NCBI RefSeq assembly: GCF_049706645.1
Contig: NZ_JBNAKP010000019.1
Location: forward strand, 153 to 64,152
Length of the DNA stretch: 64,000 bases
Reading direction: 5' to 3'
From: Methanosarcina sp.
GTDB lineage: Archaea; Halobacteriota; Methanosarcinia; Methanosarcinales; Methanosarcinaceae
Shown here: positions 50,445 to 61,624 of the stretch, in pieces
Position numbering within the stretch: the stretch's first letter is position 1
Layout of the letters: the number at the start of each line of letters is the position of its first letter
The notes under the pieces: generated by a model
Told to the model about the DNA's origin: nothing
Databases searched by the model: none
What the model saw: only the letters and a program-made list of their open reading frames with translations
Made by a program: the position numbers and the translations under genes

Positions 50445-50557
50445 TACTATAAATTAATTATCATAAAGTGGATTATTATAAATTAAACTATTATACATTA
50501 AACTATTAAAATTAAGTTATTGTAAATTAAATTATTATAAACGAATTTATTATAATG
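50445..50557. repeat. ~15-bp AT-rich tandem repeat upstream of the third hppA
   Basis: TATTATAAATTAAAC-like units at 50445, 50474, 50489, 50504, 50518, 50533 and 50548. Confidence 0.7.
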
Positions 50558-50620
50558 AATACTTCCAGTACTCAGCATCAAAATAACTTGTGTGATATTT
50601 TCCGGAGGACGGTTAAATTT

Positions 50621-52654
50621 ATGGATGTGTTAATCTACCTTGCACCAATATGTGCCCTTATTGGTCTGATTTTTGCAGGTATATCCTATAAAAATGTCCA
50701 AAAAGAAGGCGAAGGTAATGACGTTATCAAAAAAATTACTGCATCAATTCACCATGGCGCCATGGTTTACCTTAACAGGCAATACCGTGCAATCGCTGTT
50801 TTCGTAATTTTATTTTCAATTATAATCGCATCAATCCTTCCAAATGGGATTCTTACGGCATTATGCTTTGTCTTCGGCGCAGTGTTCTCCGCAACAGCCG
50901 GGTATGCAGGGATGCTCACAGCTACCATTGCAAACGGCAGAACAACAAATGCTGCCACCAGGGGGATTGGCCCTGCATTCAGGGTTTCGTTTGCGTCAGG
51001 CACGGTTATGGGGATGAGCGTTGTAGGTCTCGGTCTGCTTGGTTTATCGGCTTCATTTATAATTATTACAAATTATTATACAAGTCTCGATTTTACTACA
51101 GTTATGAATATCGTTGCAGGCTTTTCACTTGGAGCCTCGTCTATTGCTCTTTTTGCCAGAGTAGGTGGCGGAATTTTCACAAAAGCTGCAGATGTCGGGG
51201 CTGACCTTGTAGGCAAGGTAGAAGCCGGGATTCCTGAAGACGACCCGAGAAATCCTGCTGTAATTGCCGACAATGTAGGTGATAACGTCGGAGATATTGC
51301 AGGCATGGGAGCCGATCTCTACGAATCTTATGTCGGTTCTATCGTCGCTACAATGCTTCTTGCAGCATCAACAGCAGCAATGACCTTTCCTGGCATTTCA
51401 GTTGAGAACGCTATTCTGGTTCCACTGCTGATTTCAGCGGTTGGAATTCTTGCATCCGTTGCAGGTACATTTTTTGTCCGTACAAAGAAGACCGAGGCCT
51501 CGGCAATCCATATGGCTTTTAATCTGGGGTTGATTGCTGCAATCGTTCTTACAGTCATTGCCTCATATTTCATTACATCTCAGCTTCTCGGAGAATATGG
51601 ATTGAAGGTCTTCTTTGCAAGTGTTGCGGGGCTTATCTCCGGTTTCCTTATAGGACAGATCACAGAGTACTACACATCGTATGATAGAAAACCGACCCGT
51701 ACAGTTGCAGATTCGTGCTTAACCGGTTCGGCTACAAATATTATCACAGGTTTTGCAAAGGGAATGGAATCCACCCTCTGGCCGGTTATTATCATCAGCG
51801 CTACAATCTATATTTCCTACCTGCTTTCCGGCCTCTACGGCATTGCTATTGCAGCCGTGGGAATGCTTGCAACGCTGGGGATATCACTGTCTGTCGATGC
51901 ATATGGTCCTGTAGCTGACAATGCAGGCGGCATTGCAGAAATGTCTCACCAGAAGAAAGAGGTACGTGAGATTACCGATACTCTTGATGCGGTAGGAAAC
52001 ACGACTGCTGCTATGGGTAAAGGTTTTGCAATCGGTTCGGCAGCGCTCACCGCACTTGCCCTCTTCTCTTCATATGGCATTGCAGTAAATCTCACTGCTA
52101 TCGATGTTATGAACCCTAACGTGTTCATAGGGCTTATCATCGGTGCAATGCTGCCTTTCCTCTTCTCATCAATGACCATCCTGGCCGTCGGAAAAGCCGC
52201 AGGTGAAGTCGTTATGGAAGTGAGGAGACAGTTTAAAGAGATAAAAGGCCTCATGGAAGGCAAAGCTGATCCTGACTACGGCAAGTGTATTGCAATCTCA
52301 ACGCACTCTGCCCTGAAAGAGATGATCGGACCCGGTGTACTCGCAGTTGTTTCGCCCCTTGCCGTCGGGCTTATACTCGGGCCTGGCGCACTTGGAGGAC
52401 TGCTCGCAGGCTCTGTAGTTTCGGGTTTTATGCTCGCAATTACAATGTCTAACGCAGGCGGGTCGTGGGACAATGCGAAGAAATTTATTGAAGCCGGAAA
52501 TTTCGGCGGAAAAGGTTCGGACGCACATAAAGCAGGTGTGACTGGCGATACTGTGGGAGATCCTTTCAAGGATACAGCAGGTCCGGCAATCAACATTCTC
52601 ATAAAGCTTATGAGTATTGTAGCGGTTGTGTTTGCACCTCTGTTTATCGTCTGA
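50621..52654 (+). CDS. hppA: Membrane pyrophosphatase, K+-dependent, probably Na+-pumping
   Basis: [36 protein letters not shown] (Ala and Gly determinants); ATG 50621 behind GGAGGA. Confidence 0.92.
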   Translation: MDVLIYLAPICALIGLIFAGISYKNVQKEGEGNDVIKKITASIHHGAMVYLNRQYRAIAVFVILFSIIIASILPNGILTALCFVFGAVFSATAGYAGMLTATIANGRTTNAATRGIGPAFRVSFASGTVMGMSVVGLGLLGLSASFIIITNYYTSLDFTTVMNIVAGFSLGASSIALFARVGGGIFTKAADVGADLVGKVEAGIPEDDPRNPAVIADNVGDNVGDIAGMGADLYESYVGSIVATMLLAASTAAMTFPGISVENAILVPLLISAVGILASVAGTFFVRTKKTEASAIHMAFNLGLIAAIVLTVIASYFITSQLLGEYGLKVFFASVAGLISGFLIGQITEYYTSYDRKPTRTVADSCLTGSATNIITGFAKGMESTLWPVIIISATIYISYLLSGLYGIAIAAVGMLATLGISLSVDAYGPVADNAGGIAEMSHQKKEVREITDTLDAVGNTTAAMGKGFAIGSAALTALALFSSYGIAVNLTAIDVMNPNVFIGLIIGAMLPFLFSSMTILAVGKAAGEVVMEVRRQFKEIKGLMEGKADPDYGKCIAISTHSALKEMIGPGVLAVVSPLAVGLILGPGALGGLLAGSVVSGFMLAITMSNAGGSWDNAKKFIEAGNFGGKGSDAHKAGVTGDTVGDPFKDTAGPAINILIKLMSIVAVVFAPLFIV

Positions 52655-52662
52655 TATCCGTC

Positions 52663-52682
52663 TTTTCCTTTTTTTATTTTTT
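52663..52682 (+). terminator. Oligo-T terminator after the third hppA
   Basis: TTTTCCTTTTTTTATTTTTT just after the stop codon. Confidence 0.55.
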
Positions 52683-53025
52683 ATAATGGTGCCGGTGTTC
52701 CTATATTTTCTATAATCATTGTTTAATCTCTGCAGCAGGCACTCCAGTCCTTAAATAAACCTCCTGTTTATAACTGCGATAAATTATTTACTGTAGTTTT
52801 CACAGATAAGAGTTTTAATCTACTGATCTCTGAAAGGAACACGCTTTCCTATTTGAGGGAAATCAATTAAAAACTTTTCGTTTTGCAGCGGTCCGAAGCG
52901 GATGCTCAGATCTGTTTAAGGGGAAAACAGCAAGAATGGATGAATTAAAAGGTCAAAGATTACTGTCTGTGCTTTCCGATCAAAGCGGGAGATCACAGGT
53001 TAAAGCTTGAACAGGTCAGGAGAGA

Positions 53026-53484
53026 TTAGTTAACTCCCCTTACCTGCAGTAGCTGGAACTCGATTTCGTCCGGGACTGTAGCCAGGAATATAAATGTGTT
53101 GTACCCGAGTTTCTGGACTTCTTTAATCGCACTTGCCTGAGCTTCGGTCAAATCCCTTGAGTCGCTTACGATGCAGAATGATTTCCGGTTTCCTGTGTTG
53201 ACAAGGAAATTAAATACACTTCCGTGAGTATTCAGGAACGCAACCAGATTTTTAAGTTCTTCCCAGGTACTGCACATGTGAATGTTCTTGGATCCCATGT
53301 TTTCCACGTACCAGTCCCTGCTCACGTAAGAGTAGGACGCATACTGTTCATTCAGTTCATCGTGAGCTTTGAGGATTTTGTTAATATCCTTCCTCAAGTT
53401 TATCCATTTCCAGCTCTGCGTTGTGAAATAACGGGCTGCCACTATCTCAAAGATAGCCTGCTTATCTTCATTTTCGAGTCTCAT
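53026..53484 (-). CDS. Hypothetical protein
   Basis: 152-aa ORF with GTGGA RBS-like sequence, 36 bp downstream of the DHPS-like gene on the same strand. Confidence 0.7.
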   Translation of the reverse strand: MRLENEDKQAIFEIVAARYFTTQSWKWINLRKDINKILKAHDELNEQYASYSYVSRDWYVENMGSKNIHMCSTWEELKNLVAFLNTHGSVFNFLVNTGNRKSFCIVSDSRDLTEAQASAIKEVQKLGYNTFIFLATVPDEIEFQLLQVRGVN

Positions 53485-53520
53485 TTTTCCACGTCTTTAT
53501 TTTGTCTGCGTTTCTTATGC

Positions 53521-55002
53521 TCAGAACACATCGTCCTGGGCATAGCTTCTATTAAACTGCAGGGCAAGTTCGGCTTTTTCCAGTTCCCTTCCCAGATATG
53601 CGGCATGATCCAGGCGGGAGACCAGTTCCAGTTCAAGCAGTGTGTCCATAACCTCCCTGGCACTTTTTCCCACAATTGAGGCTTTCTCGTGTTCGGCAAC
53701 AATCAATCCGCCATTTCCACTTATGCGGTCCGGTACTGTACGGATGCGGATTGGGCCTGCAGGGTCTACACGCCAGCCTTTCGAAGGTCTGGCCTGAATC
53801 GCATTTTCCGGGAGCGGAAAATCAGGCCGCCTGCGTTTTTCTTTAATGCAGAGAAGGTCAAGCCCCAGGTCTTTTGGAGAACTTTCCCTTATGCTGGAAA
53901 GCATCATCATCTCGGAAGCCCTTTTAAGCTCCCTGATAGAACCCTGTGCCTTGTCACTGAACTCGGGGGTGAAAAGGATGCTTGCTCCGGCTTCTGCTCC
54001 GATTCCACAGAGTGTGGCATTGACTCCTATGGTATCCACATCCATAAGTTCAGTGACATTGCCAGCTCCGAGGAATACTGGAATCTCGGGGTACATCCTG
54101 TGAAACTGATGGTAGCGTACGATGGATTCGGTAATGTCGTGTCCCACAGGATCAAGAACAGGATCAGCTATAATTTTTTCAATTCCAAGCCTGCGGGCAG
54201 CTTTGACGTTCCTGATAAGGCTCTCCAGGCTTCTTTCCTCATCCGGGATTATAACGGCAGCAATCCCTGCCCTGGCAATTGTAGGGCCTGCAGTCTCAAG
54301 ATTCGTGCTATTGAGGCTCAGGACAAGGTCAGCTCCTGCTTCTACTCCTTCTTTTATCAGTTCAGGGTCAAGGGTATCTATGCTTATCGGAGCTTCTGTA
54401 AAGGCTTTTGCAAGGGATACAGCCCTTTTAGCATGCTCCGGGAGGGTATTCAGGGTAGCCCCTAGATCGATTATATCTGCTCCCCGGGCGATAAAAGCTT
54501 CGATTTTTACCTGGAGTATCGGAGCATCCATTTCCAGGGCTCCTACAATTTCTCCCATAACCTTCATACGAGCCTTTCCCCCGATTTTTACACCTCTGAG
54601 TGTAAGGGGTGAGGAGGCTTCTTCTTCGGTTTTACTTATTAACTCGAGGGCCATCTCCTTCCGAACATCAGCAAGAAGTTCACAGGCAGGGATTTTTTTG
54701 GAAAACTCGATTTTTCCGGCAAACGGGAGTACAAAACCAAGATCATAGGCATGCTTTGGTCCAAGCCGGATTTTACACCCCAGTTCTTCAGAAGCTTTTG
54801 AAAAATCTCCTGCTACAAGCCCTGGAAGCAGAATAAGGTCATAATATTTCGAAAAACCGGCTTCCTGAAATGTTTTAATCAGTTTTTTAGGGGTAATAAA
54901 GGCGGCAATATCAATATCGGCTACGAGGATGTCGGCTTTTTCCCCGATTGCTTTCCTGACGGTATTTTCCGCAAGCCGCCCTGTTGCAATCAAAATCTTC
55001 AT
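53521..55002 (-). CDS. Dihydropteroate synthase-like protein (pterin-binding TIM barrel plus DUF4346-like C-terminus)
   Basis: MKILIATGRLA, GPKHAYDL, GADIIDLG, ISIDT, IADPVLDP, GNVTELMDVDTIG, LDHAAYLGRELEKAE. Confidence 0.85.
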   Translation of the reverse strand: MKILIATGRLAENTVRKAIGEKADILVADIDIAAFITPKKLIKTFQEAGFSKYYDLILLPGLVAGDFSKASEELGCKIRLGPKHAYDLGFVLPFAGKIEFSKKIPACELLADVRKEMALELISKTEEEASSPLTLRGVKIGGKARMKVMGEIVGALEMDAPILQVKIEAFIARGADIIDLGATLNTLPEHAKRAVSLAKAFTEAPISIDTLDPELIKEGVEAGADLVLSLNSTNLETAGPTIARAGIAAVIIPDEERSLESLIRNVKAARRLGIEKIIADPVLDPVGHDITESIVRYHQFHRMYPEIPVFLGAGNVTELMDVDTIGVNATLCGIGAEAGASILFTPEFSDKAQGSIRELKRASEMMMLSSIRESSPKDLGLDLLCIKEKRRRPDFPLPENAIQARPSKGWRVDPAGPIRIRTVPDRISGNGGLIVAEHEKASIVGKSAREVMDTLLELELVSRLDHAAYLGRELEKAELALQFNRSYAQDDVF

Positions 55003-55127
55003 GTTTTTTAGATAGAAGCGCTAATAAAAAAGAGTATCTGTTTGAAACGCATCGGTTAAAAATTATCAGGAAATGAAAAGCCCGAAATTTTCAGCTTTGA
55101 GAACCCGGGCTTTTACCTGAGCCTGAT

Positions 55128-56309
55128 TTAATTTATAAAGTCAATTATTGACTCATCATGTTTCTTTCTAAGGGCCCCTGTCCCAGTCCTTAATCGGTCT
55201 GCAGGCGTCATTTTTCCGAACCTTCTCTCCTGCATGGGGTCAGTTTCGGCTCTTGATTCCAGAATTCCGGCTCCTGCCTGAGGGCCCAGAATCTGGGCAG
55301 ACTGCACACCTGTCATGATGGCCATTACCCTGACCTTACCTTCATAATCCTCCCTGATCCTCGCACCCCAGATGACGTTTGCGCTTGGGGAGAGTTCGTA
55401 GGTAAGCATGGATGCAATCTCCTCGGCTTCCTTGAGGCTCAGGTCAGGCCCGCCGGTTACATGCACGAGGCTTCCGGTTGCACCCTTGTAGTCAACATCA
55501 AGCAGGGGGTGGTTTAAGGCGGTCCGCACTACTTCAGTGCTCTTGTCCTGGTTTTTCGACTCACCTACGAGCATAACTGCAACCCCGCCGCAGCTCATAA
55601 TAGTCCTGATGTCGGCGTAGTCAAGGTTTATCAGGGAGGGTACTGTGATCGTCTCCGTAATCCCTTTTACGGTCTCGGCAATCAGCTGGTCCATTACGGA
55701 AAAAGCCTGGTCGATAGGAAGATTCGGCACGTAATTAAGCAGCCTGTTATTGTCCAGGACAATTACGGTGTCGGCTGCCCTGCGCAGGTCTTCAAGGCCT
55801 TCTTCGGCTTTGAAAATCCTGGCTCTCTCAACTCTGAAGGGGCTGGAAACCATTCCTACGACGATTGCTCCCTGCTCCTTTGCCACTTCGGCAACTACAG
55901 GGGCAACCCCTGTCCCGGTACCTCCGCCTAAACCTGCAGTAATGAAGACAAGGTCAACGTCCTTTAACACTTCTTCAAGGGTACCCCTTGCAAGTTCCGC
56001 AGCCTTCTTTCCTGTCTCGGGGTAACCGCCTGCTCCAAGTCCCCGCGTGAGAGTTTTTCCCACGAGGATCTTCTTGTCAGCTCTCACATTGTCAAGGTGC
56101 TGCTTGTCGGTATTGATACAGACCGTTTCTGCGCCTTCGATTCCTATGTTATAAAGACGGTTTACTGTGTTATTCCCGGCCCCCCCGCATCCGACAATCA
56201 TGATTCGCGGTTGCCCGAATTCTTCGAAGTCGTCATCAGAGGAGGAATTCTTCCGATATTCCTTCTCTTTTTCGCTGAATTTCATTGCTTCCTGTACTAT
56301 AGATTGCAA
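55128..56309 (-). CDS. ftsZ: Cell division protein FtsZ
   Basis: [40 protein letters not shown]; TTG start behind GAGGGG. Confidence 0.96.
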   Translation of the reverse strand: MQSIVQEAMKFSEKEKEYRKNSSSDDDFEEFGQPRIMIVGCGGAGNNTVNRLYNIGIEGAETVCINTDKQHLDNVRADKKILVGKTLTRGLGAGGYPETGKKAAELARGTLEEVLKDVDLVFITAGLGGGTGTGVAPVVAEVAKEQGAIVVGMVSSPFRVERARIFKAEEGLEDLRRAADTVIVLDNNRLLNYVPNLPIDQAFSVMDQLIAETVKGITETITVPSLINLDYADIRTIMSCGGVAVMLVGESKNQDKSTEVVRTALNHPLLDVDYKGATGSLVHVTGGPDLSLKEAEEIASMLTYELSPSANVIWGARIREDYEGKVRVMAIMTGVQSAQILGPQAGAGILESRAETDPMQERRFGKMTPADRLRTGTGALRKKHDESIIDFIN

Positions 56310-57344
56310 TTCTATCCCCTCGACTGGATCTATGTCTAATAGTTACGTTTGACTCCCCACCCTTTACATCGGGGGTCACATACCTTTCAATACTCTGAGT
56401 GGAGTTATGAGATAACTTTCAAAACCTACTAAAGATTTTCATCCGTTATCTTTAATAAGTTGGCACTCTGCCGAACTTAACTATTTCGTACATATTTAAA
56501 CAACATTCTTAAATTGTTTATCAAGTTTAAATATGTCACCCATAAATCTCATATATTCACTCTTTTACTTCGTTTAACATTTGATTCTCAAAGATGAAGG
56601 GTGAGGGACTGCCAAAATGTTTATATATATTAACTTAATTTTTTATCGAAAGTTCTGATTTCCTCAGCAAAGCTCTCCTGATTATGCAAGTCAGGGCAAT
56701 TTTCATATCTCATTTTCTCTATTCTTTTGATGCCATGCCTGACTTCAGGGGCTAACACTGCAAGCCTTTAATTTGTTTTTGATATAACTTTCGACCCGGA
56801 ATTCTTTCAATTTAATGAGACTGTTTATATTATTACTTTTAAGTAGAATTCTCCTCTTAAAAACTGTTTCGGTATTATTCCAAGATTTCGAGGCGCTTGT
56901 TTGATTTTTTTGAGTAATGTCTTCTAAATTAATATAAGTGTTTCTATATTTGTGAATTACAGGCAGTAAACTCCAGGAAGTCTCCTAAACTTTATTTGCT
57001 CAGAAATCTTAGAATTAATTTCTTCAGTGTACTTGCCTTGAACGCACATGTGTAATGAATAACATGCTAAAACCTGGAAAATATTACTAAATTAATAGAA
57101 ATTTGTTAAACCCTTAAAGGTCATTTAAATCCTGAAATATGTGTTATCCCCCATAAAAAGTATGATACAGCCGTAAAAGGCGCTTTAAGCTACAAAAAAC
57201 GAATCAAATTCATAGTAAACCTGTTAAATCCTGGTTGTGTATAACCGAATAAAAAGTGCATTAAATTCATAAGGAGATGTTAAAGCTATAATTCTACCCG
57301 GGATTTTGCGGGAAAGCTTTAAGGCTTCAAAGCCATTTTTTACT

Positions 57345-57419
57345 TTAATCCTCAGGAATCTTAGTTACCTTAATTCCCAGGAACCCCAATTCCCTTAATC
57401 CTCAGGAATCTGAGTTATC
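57345..57419. repeat. 25-bp tandem repeat x3 upstream of the HAD gene
   Basis: TTAATCCTCAGGAATCTTAGTTACC (57345), degenerate copy (57370), TTAATCCTCAGGAATCTGAGTTATC (57395). Confidence 0.75.
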
Positions 57420-57475
57420 TTAATTTTATGAATTTTAATTCAAAATACTAAGTTTTTAATTTTGGAGTCAGAACC

Positions 57476-58138
57476 GTGTTAAAGGCATTAATTTTCGATA
57501 TGGATGGCGTTCTCGTGGATTCCATGCCGTTCCATGCAGCAGCCTGGAAAAAGGCTTTCCTTGATATGGGTATGGAAATCCAGGATAGAGATATTTATGC
57601 AATCGAAGGTTCAAATCCCAGGAACGGCCTTCCTCTGCTTATCCGAAAAGCCAGGAAAGAACCGGAAGCATATGATTTCGAAACTATTACCTCAATCTAC
57701 AGGCAGGAATTCAAACGAGTCTTCGAACTGAAAGCTTTCGAGGGAATGATGGAATGCCTTGAAGTGCTCAAAACGCGTTTTCTGCTTTCAGTAGTTTCGG
57801 GCTCTGACCATATTATTGTCCACAGTATCGTTAATCAGCTTTTTCCCGGCATATTCGATATTGTGGTTACGGGAGACGATATTACGAACTCAAAGCCTCA
57901 TCCCGATCCTTTTCTTAAAGCTGTCGAACTCCTGAATGTACGGCGGGAAGAATGCGTGGTAATAGAAAACGCTATTCTGGGCGTAGAAGCTGCAAAAAAC
58001 GCTGAAATTTACTGCATAGGGGTTCCCACATATGTGGAGCCTTCACAGCTTGACAGGGCAGATCTCATTGTAGGAGATCATCAACAGCTAATGCAACATC
58101 TTCTAAGTCTTGAGCCTGCTTCTGGGTTCAGGGTATGA
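57476..58138 (+). CDS. HAD-superfamily phosphatase (beta-PGM-like, cap C1)
   Basis: LIFDMDGVLVDS, VVSGS, SKPHPDPF, VIENAILG. Confidence 0.9.
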   Translation: MLKALIFDMDGVLVDSMPFHAAAWKKAFLDMGMEIQDRDIYAIEGSNPRNGLPLLIRKARKEPEAYDFETITSIYRQEFKRVFELKAFEGMMECLEVLKTRFLLSVVSGSDHIIVHSIVNQLFPGIFDIVVTGDDITNSKPHPDPFLKAVELLNVRREECVVIENAILGVEAAKNAEIYCIGVPTYVEPSQLDRADLIVGDHQQLMQHLLSLEPASGFRV

Positions 58139-58185
58139 AAAAATTTATTCTTTTCTTTAAAAAAGAGAATTGTGGCCCCTGAGGG

Positions 58186-60102
58186 TCACAGCAACCTTAC
58201 GGTTTCAAGGTTTGTAAGAGCCCGGGTCTCGATCTTCAGTTTCTTGTAGACCGAGCTTGCCAGGTCAACGCAGGCCTTCTCGTCCCCATGCTCAGTAAAC
58301 ACCCTTTCCGGACGGGGTTGCATCCTCTTGATGTAATCCATAAGCTGCCTCCTATCGGAGTGGCCTGAGAAACCGTCAACTACCTGGACTTCCATGTTCA
58401 TCTTCAGGATATCGGTGCTTCCGCCCTTTCCTGTCATCGGAATTTCTTTCCATCCTTTCTGGATTCTGCGTCCGACTGTCCCATCTGCCTGGTATCCTAC
58501 AAACACCAGACAGTTGCGCGGGTCGCCGGCAAAGGCTTTGAAATAGTCCATAACCGGCCCTCCGTTCATCATGCCCGAAGTCGAGAGGATAACGCAGGGG
58601 TGAGGGTTCTGGATTATCTTTTGACGCGCTTCGTGGGAGTCAACAGGCCTGAAGCATTCGGACAGGAAGGGATTCTGGCCTTTCTGGAAGATCAGTTTCC
58701 TCAGGTCGTTGTTCAGGTACTCGGGATGTGTAGCGTGAATTGCCGTCGCTTCCCAGATCATTCCGTCCAGATAGACCGGAACTTCGGGGATCAGCCCTTT
58801 TCTTATAGACTCTTCAAGCACTATCATGACTTCCTGGCTTCGGCCGACTGCAAAAGCCGGGATAAGGCAGATTCCTCCTCTTTCCACAGTATTCTTGACT
58901 ACCATCTGCAGGTGCCTTTCAGCGTCCTTAAGTGCAGGCTGGAAAGCATTGGAATTCCCATAAGTAGCCTCACTGACGACAGTTTCGACTCTCGGGAACT
59001 TATTGACAGCAGGGTCGAAAAGCCGTGTTTTCTCGTATTTGTAGTCTCCCGTAAAGACCACATTATGGAGCCCGTCTCCTATATGGAAGTGGGAAATGGC
59101 CGATCCCAGAATATGACCCGCGTTATGGAAAGTCAGTTTGATGTCAGGAGCGATATCCGTTACTTCCTCGTAGTCCAGAGGAATCGTGTGTTTGAGGGTC
59201 TTAGCTACCATGCCTGACTCGTAGGGAATCTTCTTCCCTTCTTTTGCTGCCACGTCGATATAGTCGAGCTGGAGCAGCACCATCAGGTCTCTTGTAGGAG
59301 GTGTGCAGTATACAGGTCCTTCGTACCCGTATTTGAAAAGCAAAGGAACGAGTCCCTGATGATCGAGGTGGGCGTGAGTAACTATCACGGCATCGATCTG
59401 GTTTAAGGGGAAAACTTCAGGAACATACAGGTAAGGAGTCATGTTTTCGTCCGAACCTACATTGACTCCACAGTCGATCAGGATTCTGGACTCAGGAGTC
59501 GAGAGCAGGAAACAGCTCCGTCCTACCTCTTTGCATCCGCCAAGCGATGTAACTCTTACCCACTGGTCTTTTGAGGTACACTCTTTGTGAATCTTCCTCC
59601 CCACGGATTTGAGGATTTCCTTTCTTTCCTTGAGGTTGTTTCTCATGAACTCCCTGATATTTTTTACTGTACGGGACTTTATTGGGGGAGTCCGCACAAC
59701 CTTCGGAATCCAGCCGATTTGCTTTGTGATCTCCCGGAGGGTGGCTCCGTGCTTTCCTATCACAAGACCCGGCTTTTCAGCTTCAATAATTACTTCTCCG
59801 GAATCAGGGTCAAAATAGTAGCTCGAGATTACGGATTCTTTTGGAACAACTTCTTCGATTATAGAAATAGAATCTTCAGGAGTTGCAAGTACCCTGGGAT
59901 CAGGGCGCATGGCAATCCGTGTCCTGAGTTCTTTTGCCAGGTTGCGAATAATATTCCCATCGTCTGCGAATTTCCGGGGTTCTTCAGTGTATAGCACAAG
60001 CTGAGGCCCTTCAAATTCCACATCGGTAATTGTAACTCCTGCGGGTAGGTTTTTCTCAATTTTATGTTTGAGGTCTAATAGCACGTCTTCAATAGGCATC
60101 AA
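58186..60102 (-). CDS. fttA: aCPSF1/FttA KH-domain beta-CASP ribonuclease (transcription termination factor)
   Basis: N-terminal KH domains, EVGRSC, THAHLDH, HNAGHILGS, FTGD, GFSGHSD, EHG. Confidence 0.95.
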   Translation of the reverse strand: MMPIEDVLLDLKHKIEKNLPAGVTITDVEFEGPQLVLYTEEPRKFADDGNIIRNLAKELRTRIAMRPDPRVLATPEDSISIIEEVVPKESVISSYYFDPDSGEVIIEAEKPGLVIGKHGATLREITKQIGWIPKVVRTPPIKSRTVKNIREFMRNNLKERKEILKSVGRKIHKECTSKDQWVRVTSLGGCKEVGRSCFLLSTPESRILIDCGVNVGSDENMTPYLYVPEVFPLNQIDAVIVTHAHLDHQGLVPLLFKYGYEGPVYCTPPTRDLMVLLQLDYIDVAAKEGKKIPYESGMVAKTLKHTIPLDYEEVTDIAPDIKLTFHNAGHILGSAISHFHIGDGLHNVVFTGDYKYEKTRLFDPAVNKFPRVETVVSEATYGNSNAFQPALKDAERHLQMVVKNTVERGGICLIPAFAVGRSQEVMIVLEESIRKGLIPEVPVYLDGMIWEATAIHATHPEYLNNDLRKLIFQKGQNPFLSECFRPVDSHEARQKIIQNPHPCVILSTSGMMNGGPVMDYFKAFAGDPRNCLVFVGYQADGTVGRRIQKGWKEIPMTGKGGSTDILKMNMEVQVVDGFSGHSDRRQLMDYIKRMQPRPERVFTEHGDEKACVDLASSVYKKLKIETRALTNLETVRLL

Positions 60103-60207
60103 GAATCTTCCTTTTTGTCAAAAAATGAAAAAGTATGTAGGTGTTAAAAAATAATAGGTTGAAAAAGATGTTAGTTTAATGTTAAAATAAAAAACCAACA
60201 ATTTAAG

Positions 60208-60843
60208 TTATTTAGTTAATGAAGCTCTTATGGATTTTACTTCTTCAGGATCCAGCCTCCTGAAAGCCTCCTTAGTAATTACCACTACATCGAGATTCTC
60301 TCCGGACGCTGAATCCCTTTTAGTCGCATTGTGGATCGCCCGAATGGCAAGGTCAAGGCCCTCCTTTACAGTCATATCTTCCCTGTACTGGTCTTCAAGT
60401 ACCCCATAAGCCATGGGAGAACCGGAACCTGTAGCTGAGATCCTTGTCTCTTCGATGCTTCCTCCAAGAGCATCCAGCGAGTAGATACCAGGCCCATTTT
60501 TGTCAACCCCTCCTATAAGGAGCTGGACCATCATGGGATAGTAGCGGTTGGCATTTAAAAAGTTTGACATTAAAGTTGCAATGCCTTTTATTGTCATGGA
60601 TTCGTTCCTGCGCATCTTGTAGAGCTGTGATTCTACATTTACGAGCCTCACAAGTTGCTGGGCATCCCCTACCGAACCGGCAGTGGTCATTGCTACAAGG
60701 TCATCTACCTGGTAAACCTTCTTTGCAGTTTTACTTGCGATGAAATTCCCCATTGTGGCTCTCTGTTCGCTTGCGAGCACGATACCATCGGTACAAACTA
60801 CCCCTACGGTAGTTGTGCCCTTTAGATATTTGTCATTATCCAT
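60208..60843 (-). CDS. psmB: Proteasome beta subunit
   Basis: Propeptide then [33 protein letters not shown]. Confidence 0.96.
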   Translation of the reverse strand: MDNDKYLKGTTTVGVVCTDGIVLASEQRATMGNFIASKTAKKVYQVDDLVAMTTAGSVGDAQQLVRLVNVESQLYKMRRNESMTIKGIATLMSNFLNANRYYPMMVQLLIGGVDKNGPGIYSLDALGGSIEETRISATGSGSPMAYGVLEDQYREDMTVKEGLDLAIRAIHNATKRDSASGENLDVVVITKEAFRRLDPEEVKSIRASLTK

Positions 60844-61101
60844 AAACATACCCTCATAATAAGTTAAAAATGAGAAAATGTCGCTAAAAAAAATGTTTTA
60901 GTGAGGTAAGTATTTTTAACTTAAATCGCAGGATTTAGCACTTCATTATCTCATTATTAATATCGCTATATATAAGTTTTCCTCCTCTTTTTTATTGAAC
61001 GCGCCTAAATTTAAATTCGGAGGAAGGTTTGGCAAAATAATTTTTTTCTTTTTTCCATTACAGGATATTCAGATCTTCTTATCTCCTGAAAAATCCGGAA
61101 T

Positions 61102-61614
61102 TTAACCGAAAAGTCCTTCGATCTCTTCAGCAAGTTTATTTACCCTTTGAATAATGTTTTCAGGTACTTCTTGCTTACGCATGAGCGCAGTCCTCTCAGC
61201 TATAGTTATTCTACTCGTTCCCTTAACAAGGTTATCGGCATGGGCAACGATTTTTTCCTCAAGGCTTCGCGGAAAATAATCATCTTCAGGAAGCCCTAAC
61301 CTCTCTGCCTCTTCTTTTGAGATTCCTGCTCCTATATGTCTTTTTATTATTTCGGAAATCTCTGGCTCTATTTCTCTGGCTCTGGCTAGCCTGTATCCTT
61401 CTATCGCATGAGTGATTTTATGAGTTCTGCATCGTCCAAAATCATGAAGAAGAGCCCCTATCTCTACCAGTTCCGAGTTTACATTATGTCCTGCTGTTTT
61501 TGCTTTATTTGCAATTTCAACGGCGAGCGACGCTACTTCCTCACAATGTTCGATCACATTGGGAGTGCATCCGGTTTCTTCAAGCAGTTTTATTGCTTCG
61601 GCTCGGGTAGTCAA
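61102..61614 (-). CDS. HD-domain phosphohydrolase (TIGR00295-like)
   Basis: VIEHC, LLHDFGR, HIGAG, EEKIVAHADN. Confidence 0.87.
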   Translation of the reverse strand: MTTRAEAIKLLEETGCTPNVIEHCEEVASLAVEIANKAKTAGHNVNSELVEIGALLHDFGRCRTHKITHAIEGYRLARAREIEPEISEIIKRHIGAGISKEEAERLGLPEDDYFPRSLEEKIVAHADNLVKGTSRITIAERTALMRKQEVPENIIQRVNKLAEEIEGLFG

Positions 61615-61624
61615 GGCAGATCAC

